A stretch of DNA of 64,000 bases from an uncultured Muribaculaceae bacterium (GTDB taxonomy: Bacteria; Bacillota_I; Bacilli_A; RF39; UBA660): NCBI GenBank assembly GCA_964560085.1, contig CAZLKF010000001.1:184794-248793 (forward strand). The letters run 5' to 3'. The notes under the pieces are model-generated. The model worked only from the letters and a program-made list of their open reading frames with translations, had not been told where the DNA came from and made no database searches. Below, in pieces: positions 41,169 through 51,900 of this stretch. Both the position numbers and the translations under genes were made by a program. The stretch's first letter is position 1, and each line of letters starts with the position of its first letter.

Positions 41169-41198
41169 AAAGAGTTTTCTAATAAAACTCTTTTTTTG
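41167..41198. terminator. Bidirectional Rho-independent terminator
   Basis: AAAAGAGTTTT-CTAAT-AAAACTCTTTT followed by TTTTTTG. Confidence 0.55.
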
Positions 41199-42707
41199 TT
41201 AATTAATAGGTTCAGTACTAACCCAATAATATTCACCAGTAGTATTTTTAGCAAATGTATGTTTATACTTTTTTGCATAGTTTTTTACTGAATATACTTC
41301 CTTTATTTCGTCTTCGTTCACTTTTACAACATTGCCCGTCGTTTTATCCGTGACTAAACCTTTGTCAATACATTTTATATCACCGATTTTTTCAACAGAA
41401 TCTGAATATGCATAAATTGTTCCAATTATAGAGTCTTTTTGGCAATAATCATATTCATAGTCTTCATCTATTAAAGTGGTTAGTTTTGGTTGGTAGTTAT
41501 CATGAATTTTTACATATCCTATTGAATCTTCACTATATAAGTAAATGTAATTACCTTCTTCTATAGCAGATGTTATAGTTGGTGATGTATATTCACATAT
41601 CTCCGTTTTTTCTTGAACACCACCTACTACACCATCATATAAACCAAGGCCACTAAATCCCGAACCATAATTAAAATATCCTGTTATAACTGTTAATTCT
41701 TTCGGCATTTTTATTGATGATGTATTATAAATTTTAACTAATGTTTTTTTTAACTCTTCCAAAGTTATAGATGGTTTATCTTCACAAACATATTTAGAAT
41801 TGTTTAAAATAGTACTGTAATAAGAAATAAGCAATAAGTTTTCATATGACAAATCTTTATATGTTACTTTTTTTGATTGATAAGTTGTAAATGGTAAATT
41901 GTAATATGTTGATGAAATATAAGTCATTAACTTTTTGACTGTAGCATTTGTTAATGATAATTCCTTTATTGGCGCAACAACAATGATTGTCCTTGTTGCA
42001 GTTGCAACCTCAGTTGCACTATTAGTAACTGAATAAGTCAATGTATATTTGCCGGCAACATTGCTATTTACCTTACCAGTTATTACTACATTTGATGATA
42101 AGTCTCCTTCTTTTGTATCTTTAGCAATATATCCTGGTTCAACATACGTTTCATCTTTATTAATGACCGCAATTTCTTCACCTTTTAATTCTAATGTTAA
42201 TGTTGTTTCTTTTGATACAACAGTTACTTTTCTCGTCAATGATGAGGTTAAAGAATCACTGTCAGTGACACTATATAAAATAGTATAGAATCCTGCTTTT
42301 TCAGAATTAACCGTTCCTTCAATTACAACTTTTCCTGTAATATCACCATCTTTATCATCATTGGCTTGATATCCAGGGTCAACGTAAGCTTCCCCTTCAG
42401 TTAAAGTAATTGAATTTTCACCAATTAATACTAATGTTGGTGCCACTTTGGATACTGGTTGTTGTTCTTTCTTTGATGCTAAAATCAAATATGTAACTAC
42501 TCCAGCTAATATTAAAACTAATATTGCTAAGATTATAACTAATAAATTATTATTGTTTCGACGATTATTCTCTTCACTTTGAGGTTCAAAATGATCTTTT
42601 TGATTATTACTATAGTCTTCAATTTTTACTTCATTTGTTGAAACATTCGTTATATTTTCTTGTACCTTTTCATTTTTTTCAATATTTGTATTTTGTTTTT
42701 CTCCCAT
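41199..42707 (-). CDS. Type-II membrane-anchored surface protein, two DUF5011-type Ig-like domains + variable C-terminal domain (paralog A)
   Basis: Likely start MGEKQN at 42707 (RBS GGAG); Asn-rich cytoplasmic tail, TM LLVIILAILVLILAGVVTYLILA, two Ig-like modules (YVDPGY...DGD(I/L)...GTVNS..AG.Y.(I/L)(L/T)YSVT), then a divergent C-terminal domain. Confidence 0.6.
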   Translation of the reverse strand: MGEKQNTNIEKNEKVQENITNVSTNEVKIEDYSNNQKDHFEPQSEENNRRNNNNLLVIILAILVLILAGVVTYLILASKKEQQPVSKVAPTLVLIGENSITLTEGEAYVDPGYQANDDKDGDITGKVVIEGTVNSEKAGFYTILYSVTDSDSLTSSLTRKVTVVSKETTLTLELKGEEIAVINKDETYVEPGYIAKDTKEGDLSSNVVITGKVNSNVAGKYTLTYSVTNSATEVATATRTIIVVAPIKELSLTNATVKKLMTYISSTYYNLPFTTYQSKKVTYKDLSYENLLLISYYSTILNNSKYVCEDKPSITLEELKKTLVKIYNTSSIKMPKELTVITGYFNYGSGFSGLGLYDGVVGGVQEKTEICEYTSPTITSAIEEGNYIYLYSEDSIGYVKIHDNYQPKLTTLIDEDYEYDYCQKDSIIGTIYAYSDSVEKIGDIKCIDKGLVTDKTTGNVVKVNEDEIKEVYSVKNYAKKYKHTFAKNTTGEYYWVSTEPIN

Positions 42708-42740
42708 ATAAATCTCCAAATCTAATACAAAATTAAACTT
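41953..42740. repeat. Direct repeat copy 1 (~0.79 kb, ~98-99% identical to 43417..44204)
   Basis: Covers the 5' end plus RBS of paralog A; the offset to copy 2 is exactly 1464 bp; the identical antisense 79-aa ORFs 42049..42288 and 43513..43752 in the track are a by-product of the repeat. Confidence 0.85.
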
Positions 42741-42773
42741 CACATATTATATTACATTAAAGTTATGCAACTA

Positions 42774-44171
42774 CTATTTTACAATTTCACTACTTACAAA
42801 ATAATAATCATTGTTATCATTATATTTCTTAAACGTATGCTTATAATAAGGAACACTTACATCTTCATATATTGTTTCATTTAAAATTGAATATAGGTTG
42901 TTATCTGATGGTGGATAGCAATATGTTTCACCTATTTTAATTTTGAGTTCACTATCAGCATAGGCATATTTGATTACACCCTCAGAATCACAATTATCAA
43001 AAGTTCCTCCTTGCTCAACATTTAAATTAGTATTTTTTTCTTCGACATACTTATCATAAATATATATATAATCGCCATCTTGAATAGCAGCTGACAATAA
43101 AGATGTATCTAAAGTTAATCCTTTGTTACCATTTTGCCACTTCTTTGTAGCATTGTCATAGGTTATATCTGTTTGATCAAATAAAACTTTAGTAGTAGTT
43201 GGAATACTAATGTTTGTTACATTATACATTTTTTTTAAACAGTCTGTAAGTTCTTTATTTGTCATTTCCGAATCGTTGTCGCAACTATAAAAAGCAGCAG
43301 CGAGCATTGCTTCTTTTTTTAATTCTTTATAAGTGATTTTTTTAGTTTGATGATTATTAAGCGTTCCAGAATAATAATTAACAATACTATACAATTTTTT
43401 TACTAATTGATCATTAATTGATAATTCCTTTATTGGCGTAACAACAATGATTGTTCTTGTTGCAGTTGCAACCTCAGTTGCACTATTAGTAACTGAATAA
43501 GTCAATGTATATTTGCCGGCAACATTGCTATTTACCTTACCAGTTATTACTACATTTGATGATAAGTCTCCTTCTTTTGTATCTTTAGCAATATATCCTG
43601 GTTCAACATACGTTTCATCTTTATTAATGACCGCAATTTCTTCACCTTTTAATTCTAATGTTAATGTTGTTTCTTTTGATACAACAGTTACTTTTCTCGT
43701 CAATGATGAGGTTAAAGAATCACTGTCAGTGACACTATATAAAATAGTATAGAATCCTGCTTTTTCAGAATTAACCGTTCCTTCAATTACAACTTTTCCT
43801 GTAATATCACCATCTTTATCATCATTGGCTTGATATCCAGGGTCAACGTAAGCTTCCCCTTCAGTTAAAGTAATTGAATTTTCACCAATTAATACTAATG
43901 TTGGTGCCACTTTGGATACTGGTTGTTGTTCTTTCTTTGATGCTAAAATCAAATATGTAACTACTCCAGCTAATATTAAAACTAATATTGCTAAGATTAT
44001 AACTAATAAATTATTATTGTTTCGACGATTATTCTCTTCACTTTGAGGTTCAAAATGATCTTTTTGATTATTACTATAGTCTTCAATTTTTACTTCATTT
44101 GTTGAAACATTCGTTATATTTTCTTGTACCTTTTCATTTTTTTCAATATTTGTATTTTGTTTTTCTCCCAT
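42774..44171 (-). CDS. Type-II membrane-anchored surface protein, two DUF5011-type Ig-like domains + variable C-terminal domain (paralog B)
   Basis: Start MGEKQN at 44171 (RBS GGGAG); the first ~260 aa are identical to paralog A except for one or two substitutions; the C-terminal domain is only distantly similar (YKHTF, YIYIY, YYFVSSE). Confidence 0.6.
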   Translation of the reverse strand: MGEKQNTNIEKNEKVQENITNVSTNEVKIEDYSNNQKDHFEPQSEENNRRNNNNLLVIILAILVLILAGVVTYLILASKKEQQPVSKVAPTLVLIGENSITLTEGEAYVDPGYQANDDKDGDITGKVVIEGTVNSEKAGFYTILYSVTDSDSLTSSLTRKVTVVSKETTLTLELKGEEIAVINKDETYVEPGYIAKDTKEGDLSSNVVITGKVNSNVAGKYTLTYSVTNSATEVATATRTIIVVTPIKELSINDQLVKKLYSIVNYYSGTLNNHQTKKITYKELKKEAMLAAAFYSCDNDSEMTNKELTDCLKKMYNVTNISIPTTTKVLFDQTDITYDNATKKWQNGNKGLTLDTSLLSAAIQDGDYIYIYDKYVEEKNTNLNVEQGGTFDNCDSEGVIKYAYADSELKIKIGETYCYPPSDNNLYSILNETIYEDVSVPYYKHTFKKYNDNNDYYFVSSEIVK

Positions 44172-44204
44172 ATAAATCTCCCATTCTAATATAATTTTTT
44201 TCAT
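43417..44204. repeat. Direct repeat copy 2
   Basis: Same as above; only a few SNPs at the 3' boundary (GCGCAAC vs GCGTAAC; TGTCCTT vs TGTTCTT). Confidence 0.85.
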
Positions 44205-44262
44205 TTAGGTCCAAATCAACATATCATCAGCCTAACTTTGTATTTTTCTTCTTATTTAATTA

Positions 44263-45912
44263 TTAATTTTTTACAACTACCGCTGTTCCACTGCTATAAT
44301 CAACAATAACTGATTTATTCATATCATTAGCAAAGTACCTTGGAATACTTTTACTAAAATGAGTTATACAATTCACATAACTACCACCTAATCTTGATAC
44401 TGAGTTTGTAATAATCAATTGTTTAGCACTCAATATTTTTGCACTAGCATCAGTAACGCCACAAGATGAATAAGCATGATGTGGTATTTTAACAACATCA
44501 ACTTGGCCAATTACCTTGATAATTGGGGTCAAGATAGCTGATGTATATGAATCGGCGCCTAAGAATGTTTTGATATTACCTATTTGAATATATTGAACAA
44601 CTGAATTAACATTCTCATTTCCACCTTCATAATCTGATTGATTCATTCTTTGAACTGTATTATATAAAGTAATTTTCATTGCATCAAGATTAAAAGTATA
44701 TCCTTCACTTAATGTTTCGATATAAGTAATAGGAATCTTTCTATCAGTAGCTGCTGTTATAAACCAATTATAACGATTTCTTTGAGCATCACTACAACCT
44801 GCATCTTTACATAAATATGTTTTTATATAAACTTTCTTTACATTAATTCCACTTTTAATTATAGTTGCCCCACCACCAATATGATCAGCATGATTGTGGG
44901 TTATAAGAATAAAGTCCAAAGTGTTAACATTAAGACTTTCTAAATAGTTTTTAACTCTGTTCATATCGGCAGTATTAGTTAAACCAGTATCAATCATAGC
45001 ATAATGACCATTTGATTCTAATAAAATTGCATCGGCTGAATCTTGTACTTGTTTTATAAAATGAATTTTTATAGAATTTTTGACGGTAATTAAAGCTTTC
45101 GCTTCAAAATCACCATCAACTGTAATTGCTTTTATGGTTGCCGTGCCTTCTTTTAAAGCTTTTATTTTTCCTGACTTTACACTTACAACACTCTCATTGC
45201 TACTAGACCAAACAACACTTTTATTGCTAGCATCACTAGGAATGATTGTTGTCTTAATTGTTTTTTCATCGCCAACATACATTAAAATATTTTGTTCATC
45301 TAATGCTATTCCTGTTACTCTTCTTAAAACATTTACAGAGCAAGTAGTTACTATTTTCTCATCACTAGTTTTTGCAGTAATTATTGTTGTTCCCTTAGCT
45401 ATGCCTCTTATAATTCCATTTTCTACAGTAGCTATATTTTTATTGCTACTAGTCCACACCAATTCTTTATTGGTTGCATTATTAGGTATAATAGTTGCGG
45501 TTAATTTTATAGTTTCATCTTCACCTATACTGACTTTTTGACTACTAAGTTTGATTTCTGTTACTAAAACTTCTTTCTTTATTACGATGACACTAAATGT
45601 CAAAACTTGATCATTTAGATTGTTAGTTATTTCGATAATTGCGTTTCCTTCATTTATAGCTCTTACATTGCCTTGATAATCAGCAATTGCAATATTAGGA
45701 TTATGACTTTTATATGATAATTTATATTGTTTTCCCCCAGTTTTAGCAATAACTTTAATCTGTTCAATTTGATTGGTTTCTAAAGTTGTATATGTTTTTT
45801 CCAAAGAAAATTCATATGCTGTATTAGGATTGTTAGCAATTATTAAATATATAGCACAACCAATTAATGCTATTAATACTCCAGCACAAATTCTAAAAAT
45901 TTTTTCACTCAT
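44263..45912 (-). CDS. Membrane-anchored surface protein: three Big_2 Ig-like domains + C-terminal MBL-fold (ComEC-like) metallo-hydrolase
   Basis: N-terminal TM ICAGVLIALIGCAIYLII; Big_2 repeats (VTEIKLSSQKVSIGEDETIKLTATIIPNNATNKELVWTSSN...); MBL motif ILITHNHADHIGGG. Confidence 0.65.
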   Translation of the reverse strand: MSEKIFRICAGVLIALIGCAIYLIIANNPNTAYEFSLEKTYTTLETNQIEQIKVIAKTGGKQYKLSYKSHNPNIAIADYQGNVRAINEGNAIIEITNNLNDQVLTFSVIVIKKEVLVTEIKLSSQKVSIGEDETIKLTATIIPNNATNKELVWTSSNKNIATVENGIIRGIAKGTTIITAKTSDEKIVTTCSVNVLRRVTGIALDEQNILMYVGDEKTIKTTIIPSDASNKSVVWSSSNESVVSVKSGKIKALKEGTATIKAITVDGDFEAKALITVKNSIKIHFIKQVQDSADAILLESNGHYAMIDTGLTNTADMNRVKNYLESLNVNTLDFILITHNHADHIGGGATIIKSGINVKKVYIKTYLCKDAGCSDAQRNRYNWFITAATDRKIPITYIETLSEGYTFNLDAMKITLYNTVQRMNQSDYEGGNENVNSVVQYIQIGNIKTFLGADSYTSAILTPIIKVIGQVDVVKIPHHAYSSCGVTDASAKILSAKQLIITNSVSRLGGSYVNCITHFSKSIPRYFANDMNKSVIVDYSSGTAVVVKN

Positions 45913-46011
45913 AAAATCACCAAATTTAAAATTATATTATATAGAAAACCATAAAAATAAAATTACTCTCACCTATTATGTTAATTGTATCACAAATTAG
46001 TAATTTTGTAA

Positions 46012-46044
46012 TAAAAAAAGAATCGATTTTTATCGATTCTTTAA
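46012..46044 (-). terminator. Rho-independent terminator of the str/tuf operon
   Basis: AAGAATCGAT-TTTT-ATCGATTCTT hairpin followed by a T-run on the minus strand. Confidence 0.6.
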
Positions 46045-46053
46045 ATTTATTAA

Positions 46054-47238
46054 TTACTTAATAATTTCTGAAACGTTTCCAGCACCAACTGTTCTACCAC
46101 CTTCACGAATAGAGAACTTAGTTCCGTTTTCGATAGCGATAGGAGCAATTAATTCAACTGTCATTTCAATATTATCTCCAGGCATTACCATTTCAACACC
46201 AGCTGGTAACTCGATAACTCCAGTTACATCAGTAGTACGGAAATAGAATTGTGGACGATAATTTGTCATGAATGGAGTATGACGTCCACCCTCTTCTTTA
46301 GAAAGAACATATACAGATGCTTTGAATTTTGTATGAGGTGTTACACTACCAGTTTTAGCTAGTACTTGACCACGTTCTACATCTTCACGAGAAATACCAC
46401 GTAATAATACACCAGCATTATCTCCTGCTTCTGCATAATCTAATTGTTTATGGAACATTTCAATTCCAGTAACAACTGTCTTCTTAGTGTCCTTTAAACC
46501 AACGATTTCAACTTCATCGTTAAGATTTAATTTACCACGTTCTACACGACCAGTAACAACTGTACCACGTCCTGTAATAGTAAATACATCTTCGATTGGC
46601 ATTAAGAATGGCTTATCTGTATCACGAACTGGTGTTTCAATCCATGCATCAACAGCATTCATTAATTCCATAATTGCATCTTCGTATTTAGCATCGCCTT
46701 CAAGAGCTTTTAAAGCTGATCCTCTGATAATTGGAGTATTTGCTCCATCATATCCGTATTCAGTTAAAAGTTCACGAACTTCTTCTTCAACTAAATCTAA
46801 TAACTCAGCATCATCAACCATATCACATTTATTTAAGAATACAACCATACGAGGTACTCCTACTTGACGTGATAATAGGATATGTTCACGAGTTTGAGCC
46901 ATAGGGCCATCTGTTGCTGCAATAACTAGAATAGCGCCATCCATTTGAGCAGCACCAGTAATCATGTTCTTAACATAATCAGCATGTCCTGGGCAATCTA
47001 CGTGAGCATAATGTCTTTTCTCAGTTTGATATTCAACATGAGAAGTATTAATAGTAATACCACGAGCTCTTTCTTCTGGGGCTTTATCGATATTTGCATA
47101 ATCAACAAATTCTGATAATCCTTTTTTTGATAAGACATTAGTAATAGCAGCTGTTAAAGTTGTTTTACCATGGTCTACATGTCCAATTGTACCAATGTTA
47201 ACATGTGGTTTTGAACGATCAAATTTTTGTTTTGCCAT
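46054..47238 (-). CDS. tuf: Elongation factor Tu
   Basis: [22 protein letters not shown]; full length 394 aa. Confidence 0.97.
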   Translation of the reverse strand: MAKQKFDRSKPHVNIGTIGHVDHGKTTLTAAITNVLSKKGLSEFVDYANIDKAPEERARGITINTSHVEYQTEKRHYAHVDCPGHADYVKNMITGAAQMDGAILVIAATDGPMAQTREHILLSRQVGVPRMVVFLNKCDMVDDAELLDLVEEEVRELLTEYGYDGANTPIIRGSALKALEGDAKYEDAIMELMNAVDAWIETPVRDTDKPFLMPIEDVFTITGRGTVVTGRVERGKLNLNDEVEIVGLKDTKKTVVTGIEMFHKQLDYAEAGDNAGVLLRGISREDVERGQVLAKTGSVTPHTKFKASVYVLSKEEGGRHTPFMTNYRPQFYFRTTDVTGVIELPAGVEMVMPGDNIEMTVELIAPIAIENGTKFSIREGGRTVGAGNVSEIIK

Positions 47239-47307
47239 TTAAATTTCCTCCTTTATTTACTTACATAATTATTTTATATTATTAACTTTAAAATAGCAAG
47301 TCTTTTT

Positions 47308-49380
47308 TTAATTTCCACTATTTTTCTTAATGATTTCTTCTGCAATGTTGCGAGGCACTTCTTCATAGTGATCAAATGTCATTGTGAAGGTACCACGACC
47401 TTGAGTATTTGAACGCAAACTTGTTGCATATCCAAACATTTCAGCTAGTGGAACCATTGCATTAATTGCTAAAGCGTTACCGCGAGATTCTTGACCTAAT
47501 GGACGTCCACGACGAGATGTTACATCACCCATAACTGTTCCTAAATATTCTTCTGGAACAACTACTTGAACTTTCATGATTGGTTCTAGAATAACTGGTT
47601 TACACTTATTTTTAGCTTCTTTCAAAGCCATACTAGCCGCAATTTTGAAAGCCATTTCGCTTGAGTCAACTTCGTGATAAGAACCATCATGTAAAGTTGC
47701 TTTAACATCTATTAATTGATAGCCAGCAAGAATACCAGTTTTCATCGCATCTTGTAAGCCTTTGTCTGTTACTGGGATATATTCTCTTGGAACTGTACCA
47801 CCAACAACAGCATCAACAAATTCATAACCTTTATCTGGATTTGGTTCAAATTTAATCCAAACGTGTCCGTATTGTCCACGACCACCAGATTGTTTAATAT
47901 ACTTACCTTCACAATCTCCTTCTTGAGTAATTGTTTCACGATAAGATACTTGTGGTTTACCAACATTAGCTTCGACATTGAATTCACGGCGCATTCTATC
48001 AACGATGATATCAAGGTGAAGCTCACCCATACCTGCGATAATAGTTTGACCTGTTTCAACATCTGTTGTTGCTCTAAAAGTTGGATCTTCTTCAGATAAT
48101 TTTTGTAAAGCAACACCCATTTTATCTTGATCAGCTTTTGATTTTGGTTCAACAGCTAATTGAATAACTGGTTCTGGGAATACCATTGATTCTAAAATAA
48201 CTTCATGTTTTTCATCACAAAGAGTATCTCCTGTTGTTGTATTCTTTAAACCAACAGCAGCAGCAATATCTCCAGTGTAAACATCACTTATTTCAGTACG
48301 ATTGTTAGCATGCATTAATAGTAAACGACCAATTCTTTCTTTTACTCCTTTAGTTGCATTCAATGTGTATGAACCACTTGAAAGATGACCTGAGTAAACT
48401 CTAAAGAATGTTAAACGTCCAACGAATGGATCGGTCATTACTTTAAATGCAAGAGCAGCAAATGGTTGATCATCAGATGGATGTCTTACGACTTCTTCTC
48501 CTCTTTCATCAGTACCTTTGATAGATTCAATATCTAAAGGTGATGGTAAATAATCAACAACGGCATCAAGTAAAAGTTTTACTCCTGTGTTTCCTAAAGC
48601 AGTACCGCAAAGTACTGGGAAGAATTCAACAGCAAGTGTTCCCTTTCTGATTGCTCCTTTAATCATTTCAACTGATACTTCTTCATCAGCTAAATATTTT
48701 TCCATTAATTCATCATCAAATTCAGCAACAGCTTCAATTAATTCATTACGCTTTTGTTCAACTAAATCCTTCATATCTTCTGGTATTTCAATAATTGTTG
48801 GATTTTCATCTTCTTTTCGATCATAATGATAAGCAGTTCTGGTTACTAAATCAATAATTCCACGGAATTCTTCTTCAGCACCAATTGGCCATTCAATTGG
48901 TTTTGAATTTACGCCTAAGCGATCTTTTATTGTTTGTAAACTATATTCAAAGTTGGCACCCATCTTATCCATTTTATTAGCAAATATTAAACGAGGTACT
49001 TTGAATTCAGTAGCTTGACGCCATACTGTTTCAGTTTGTGGTTCAACACCAGCTTGGGCATCAAGTAGAGCAACAGCACCATCTAAAACACGAAGGGATC
49101 TTGATACTTCAACAGTAAAATCTACATGTCCTGGAGTATCAATAATGTTTAATCTATGATCTTTCCAGTAAGCAGTAGTTGCCGCTGATGTAATTGTGAT
49201 ACCACGTTCTTGTTCTTGAGCCATCCAGTCCATCTGTGATTCACCATCATGAGTTTCCCCAATCTTATGAATTTTTCCAGTATGGAACAAGATTCTTTCG
49301 GTACAAGTAGTTTTACCTGCATCGATATGAGCCATTATTCCTAGGTTACGTGTATTTCTTAAATCATGTTCACGAGCCAT
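47308..49380 (-). CDS. fusA: Elongation factor G
   Basis: [21 protein letters not shown]; 690 aa with all five domains. Confidence 0.97.
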   Translation of the reverse strand: MAREHDLRNTRNLGIMAHIDAGKTTCTERILFHTGKIHKIGETHDGESQMDWMAQEQERGITITSAATTAYWKDHRLNIIDTPGHVDFTVEVSRSLRVLDGAVALLDAQAGVEPQTETVWRQATEFKVPRLIFANKMDKMGANFEYSLQTIKDRLGVNSKPIEWPIGAEEEFRGIIDLVTRTAYHYDRKEDENPTIIEIPEDMKDLVEQKRNELIEAVAEFDDELMEKYLADEEVSVEMIKGAIRKGTLAVEFFPVLCGTALGNTGVKLLLDAVVDYLPSPLDIESIKGTDERGEEVVRHPSDDQPFAALAFKVMTDPFVGRLTFFRVYSGHLSSGSYTLNATKGVKERIGRLLLMHANNRTEISDVYTGDIAAAVGLKNTTTGDTLCDEKHEVILESMVFPEPVIQLAVEPKSKADQDKMGVALQKLSEEDPTFRATTDVETGQTIIAGMGELHLDIIVDRMRREFNVEANVGKPQVSYRETITQEGDCEGKYIKQSGGRGQYGHVWIKFEPNPDKGYEFVDAVVGGTVPREYIPVTDKGLQDAMKTGILAGYQLIDVKATLHDGSYHEVDSSEMAFKIAASMALKEAKNKCKPVILEPIMKVQVVVPEEYLGTVMGDVTSRRGRPLGQESRGNALAINAMVPLAEMFGYATSLRSNTQGRGTFTMTFDHYEEVPRNIAEEIIKKNSGN

Positions 49381-49400
49381 AAACTTTTTCCTTCCTCAAA

Positions 49401-49868
49401 TTACCAACGATAATGTGCAAATGCTTTATTAGCCTCTGCCATACGATGTGTATCTTCACGTTTTTTAACAGCTGCTCCAACTCCGTTAGATGCATCTATT
49501 ATCTCATTTGCTAAATTTTCTGACATTGAGTGTCCGCTACGAGAGCGAGCATATTGGACTAACCAACGAAGTCCTAATGCTTGACTACGATCAGCTTTTA
49601 CTTCAATTGGCACTTGATAATTAGCGCCACCTACTCGACGAGATTTAACTTCAAGAGCAGGTTTAATATTTTCTAATGCTTTTTCAAAAACTTTCATAGG
49701 TTCTTCATTAGTTCTTGTCTTTATAAGATCAAAAGCATCGTAAAGAATTGTTTGAGCAGTTCCTTTTTTACCATCTATCATAATACTATTAATTAATTTA
49801 GTAACTAATTTAGAATTATACATTGGATCTGCTAAAACGTCTCTTTTAACTGCACGTCTTTTACGCAT
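49401..49868 (-). CDS. rpsG: 30S ribosomal protein S7
   Basis: 155 aa; C-terminal [13 protein letters not shown] is typical. Confidence 0.95.
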   Translation of the reverse strand: MRKRRAVKRDVLADPMYNSKLVTKLINSIMIDGKKGTAQTILYDAFDLIKTRTNEEPMKVFEKALENIKPALEVKSRRVGGANYQVPIEVKADRSQALGLRWLVQYARSRSGHSMSENLANEIIDASNGVGAAVKKREDTHRMAEANKAFAHYRW

Positions 49869-49885
49869 ATAAATCCTCCTTTATT

Positions 49886-50299
49886 TTATTTCTTTGGGCG
49901 TTTTGCGCCATATTTTGAACGTCCTTGACGACGTTTCTCAACTCCAGCTGTATCTAATGTTCCACGAATAATGTGATAACGAACACCGATTAAGTCCTTA
50001 ACACGGCCTCCACGGATCATTACAACGCTGTGCTCTTGCAAATTGTGTCCTTCGCCAGGAATATAGGCTATTACTTCAAAGCCATTACTCAAACGAACAC
50101 GGGCATATTTACGTAAAGCTGAGTTTGGTTTCTTTGGTGTCAAAGTTCCAACACGTGTACAAACTCCACGTTTTTGTGGTGAGTTTTGCTTTGTTGTCTT
50201 CTTTTCTTTACTATTGAAACCAATTCCTAAAACTGGGGATTTTCTTTTACGTGTCTTTTCTCCACGACCTTTTCTAACTAATTGATTTATAGTTGGCAT
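49886..50299 (-). CDS. rpsL: 30S ribosomal protein S12
   Basis: [12 protein letters not shown]... 137 aa. The track ORF (146 aa, MCVVERRKN...) is a spurious upstream extension; AAGGAG RBS 8 nt before ATG 50299. Confidence 0.95.
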   Translation of the reverse strand: MPTINQLVRKGRGEKTRKRKSPVLGIGFNSKEKKTTKQNSPQKRGVCTRVGTLTPKKPNSALRKYARVRLSNGFEVIAYIPGEGHNLQEHSVVMIRGGRVKDLIGVRYHIIRGTLDTAGVEKRRQGRSKYGAKRPKK

Positions 50300-50394
50300 A
50301 TTTTTTCTCCTTTCCACTACACACATCCAGGTGTTTCATTTTCTCTCTTAATTAAAGATTTACCGAAGTAAACCTTAAATCAAAACGCATCAAT

Positions 50395-50423
50395 AATATA
50401 ACATTTTTAGTATTCATTGTCAA
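50395..50423 (-). promoter_or_regulatory. sigma-A promoter of the rpsL-rpsG-fusA-tuf operon
   Basis: Minus strand reads TTGACA-17 nt-TATATT; about 95-nt leader to the rpsL start. Confidence 0.5.
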
Positions 50424-50449
50424 CTAATTTTTATGCTATTTTTAAATTA

Positions 50450-51898
50450 TTATTCCGAAACAATTTTCTTTTTACGTTTCTTCTTTTTAAGTAAAAATGC
50501 CAAAATCCCTATTAATAAAAATTGAACAATAACTAATATTTCTAATATAGTAACATAAAGACCATTTTCTTTTTTTTCTGAACTTGATTCTTCAATTGGT
50601 TGCTCTTTTTTATCATCATCTTGTTTTTCGTCTTTTAAAATTTTAATTCTATATTCTTTATTAGTTCCATCCTCAGCAGTTATAGAAATTGTAATTATAC
50701 TATCATTTTTTAGGTTTTCATTTCCCGTAATAATATAATTTGCTTTCTCGCTTTCTAAAGTAACATTAATATCAAGTTTTTCTTCTTCGTTAATTTTTAA
50801 AGAATAATCTAAAGTGTTATTATCGAATGTCAAATCATAATTACTAATTTTTAAATCTGTGATATTAGTATTATCACTTAATATTTCTTTGATTCCTGCC
50901 CTTGTAATATTTAAAGTATATGTATTAATAGTTTTATTTTCGGCAGATACTTTAATTAATATTTTATTCAAACCTTCTTTTAATGACACTTCTCTATTTC
51001 CATAGTTGGTTACATAACTAGAAGTAGTATCTGTTAATGTGGACGTTATAGTTACTTTTTCAACTTCATTTAAAACCGTTAAATTATAGTTGTTGACACT
51101 TGAACTAAAATTTATTATTCCCTCACTTAACGACAATGTTTTTAAAGTGTTTACTTTGCTGCGGTTATCTTCTCTCTTAATATTCAAAGTATAGATTTTT
51201 TTTACACCTGATGCGCCAGTAACATTTACTTTAAATACATTCATTCCATAAGCTAAAGTTTTATTTCCAACCGAACCACTAATTGTTGCATTTGCATCTG
51301 TTGCCGTTGCTTCAATCAAAACACTTGTTGTTGTGGCTGGGAATGTTGCATTATAGCTAGTTTTATCACCGGCAAATCCAGCTATTTCTTCACCATTTAA
51401 ACTTAATGATGAAAGTGTGTTGACACTTGATAAAATATTTAATGAAAGAGTTCCACCAGTAACACTGACAGAATCACCATTCTTGTCAGTTGCAACAGGT
51501 TTAGTAAGTGTAATATTTGTATTGCCAAAAGCAGCATTATTATTGACTTTAAAAACTAATTTAACGATATTTTTTGATGTATCACTAATTAATTCATCAT
51601 AATTTAAGTTACCATAACTGAATTTTTTTCCATTTGTCACAGTAGCAAATGTTGTATAAGAAGCTGATAAAAGTTTTGTTTGACTACTCAAAGTTAAAAC
51701 ATCTGCATCCCAGCTAACAATTCCGTCGACTCCAGAAATAGTCGCTTCTGAACTAGTACGATTTAAATTTATGTAGATAGTTACATCTTCACCACGAGCA
51801 GCTTTTGTTGATCCAGTAGGTTTTAATGACATAGCTTCGATGTTTTTTAAACCAAGTAGCATTAGAAAAATAAGAAAAATTATTTTTTTACATCTCAT
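50450..51898 (-). CDS. Membrane-anchored cohesin-like + cadherin-like repeat protein (second mini-scaffoldin/anchor)
   Basis: Signal peptide; N-terminal cohesin-like module (GEDVTIYINLNRTS...WDADVLTLSS...IVKLVFKVNNNAAFG); cadherin-like repeats (LSSLSLNGEEIAGFAGDKTSYNATF..); C-terminal TM followed by KKKKRKKK. Confidence 0.55.
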   Translation of the reverse strand: MRCKKIIFLIFLMLLGLKNIEAMSLKPTGSTKAARGEDVTIYINLNRTSSEATISGVDGIVSWDADVLTLSSQTKLLSASYTTFATVTNGKKFSYGNLNYDELISDTSKNIVKLVFKVNNNAAFGNTNITLTKPVATDKNGDSVSVTGGTLSLNILSSVNTLSSLSLNGEEIAGFAGDKTSYNATFPATTTSVLIEATATDANATISGSVGNKTLAYGMNVFKVNVTGASGVKKIYTLNIKREDNRSKVNTLKTLSLSEGIINFSSSVNNYNLTVLNEVEKVTITSTLTDTTSSYVTNYGNREVSLKEGLNKILIKVSAENKTINTYTLNITRAGIKEILSDNTNITDLKISNYDLTFDNNTLDYSLKINEEEKLDINVTLESEKANYIITGNENLKNDSIITISITAEDGTNKEYRIKILKDEKQDDDKKEQPIEESSSEKKENGLYVTILEILVIVQFLLIGILAFLLKKKKRKKKIVSE

Positions 51899-51900
51899 AA

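Noticed and set aside
42049-42288. Identical 79-aa plus-strand ORFs at 42049..42288 and 43513..43752
   Set aside because: They lie antisense inside the two minus-strand paralog genes. Their identity is a by-product of the ~0.79-kb direct repeat, not an independent duplicated gene.
50300-50326. Upstream extension of rpsL (MCVVERRKN)
   Set aside because: S12 begins at [12 protein letters not shown] with an AAGGAG RBS inside the extension; the extended form is not seen in S12 proteins.
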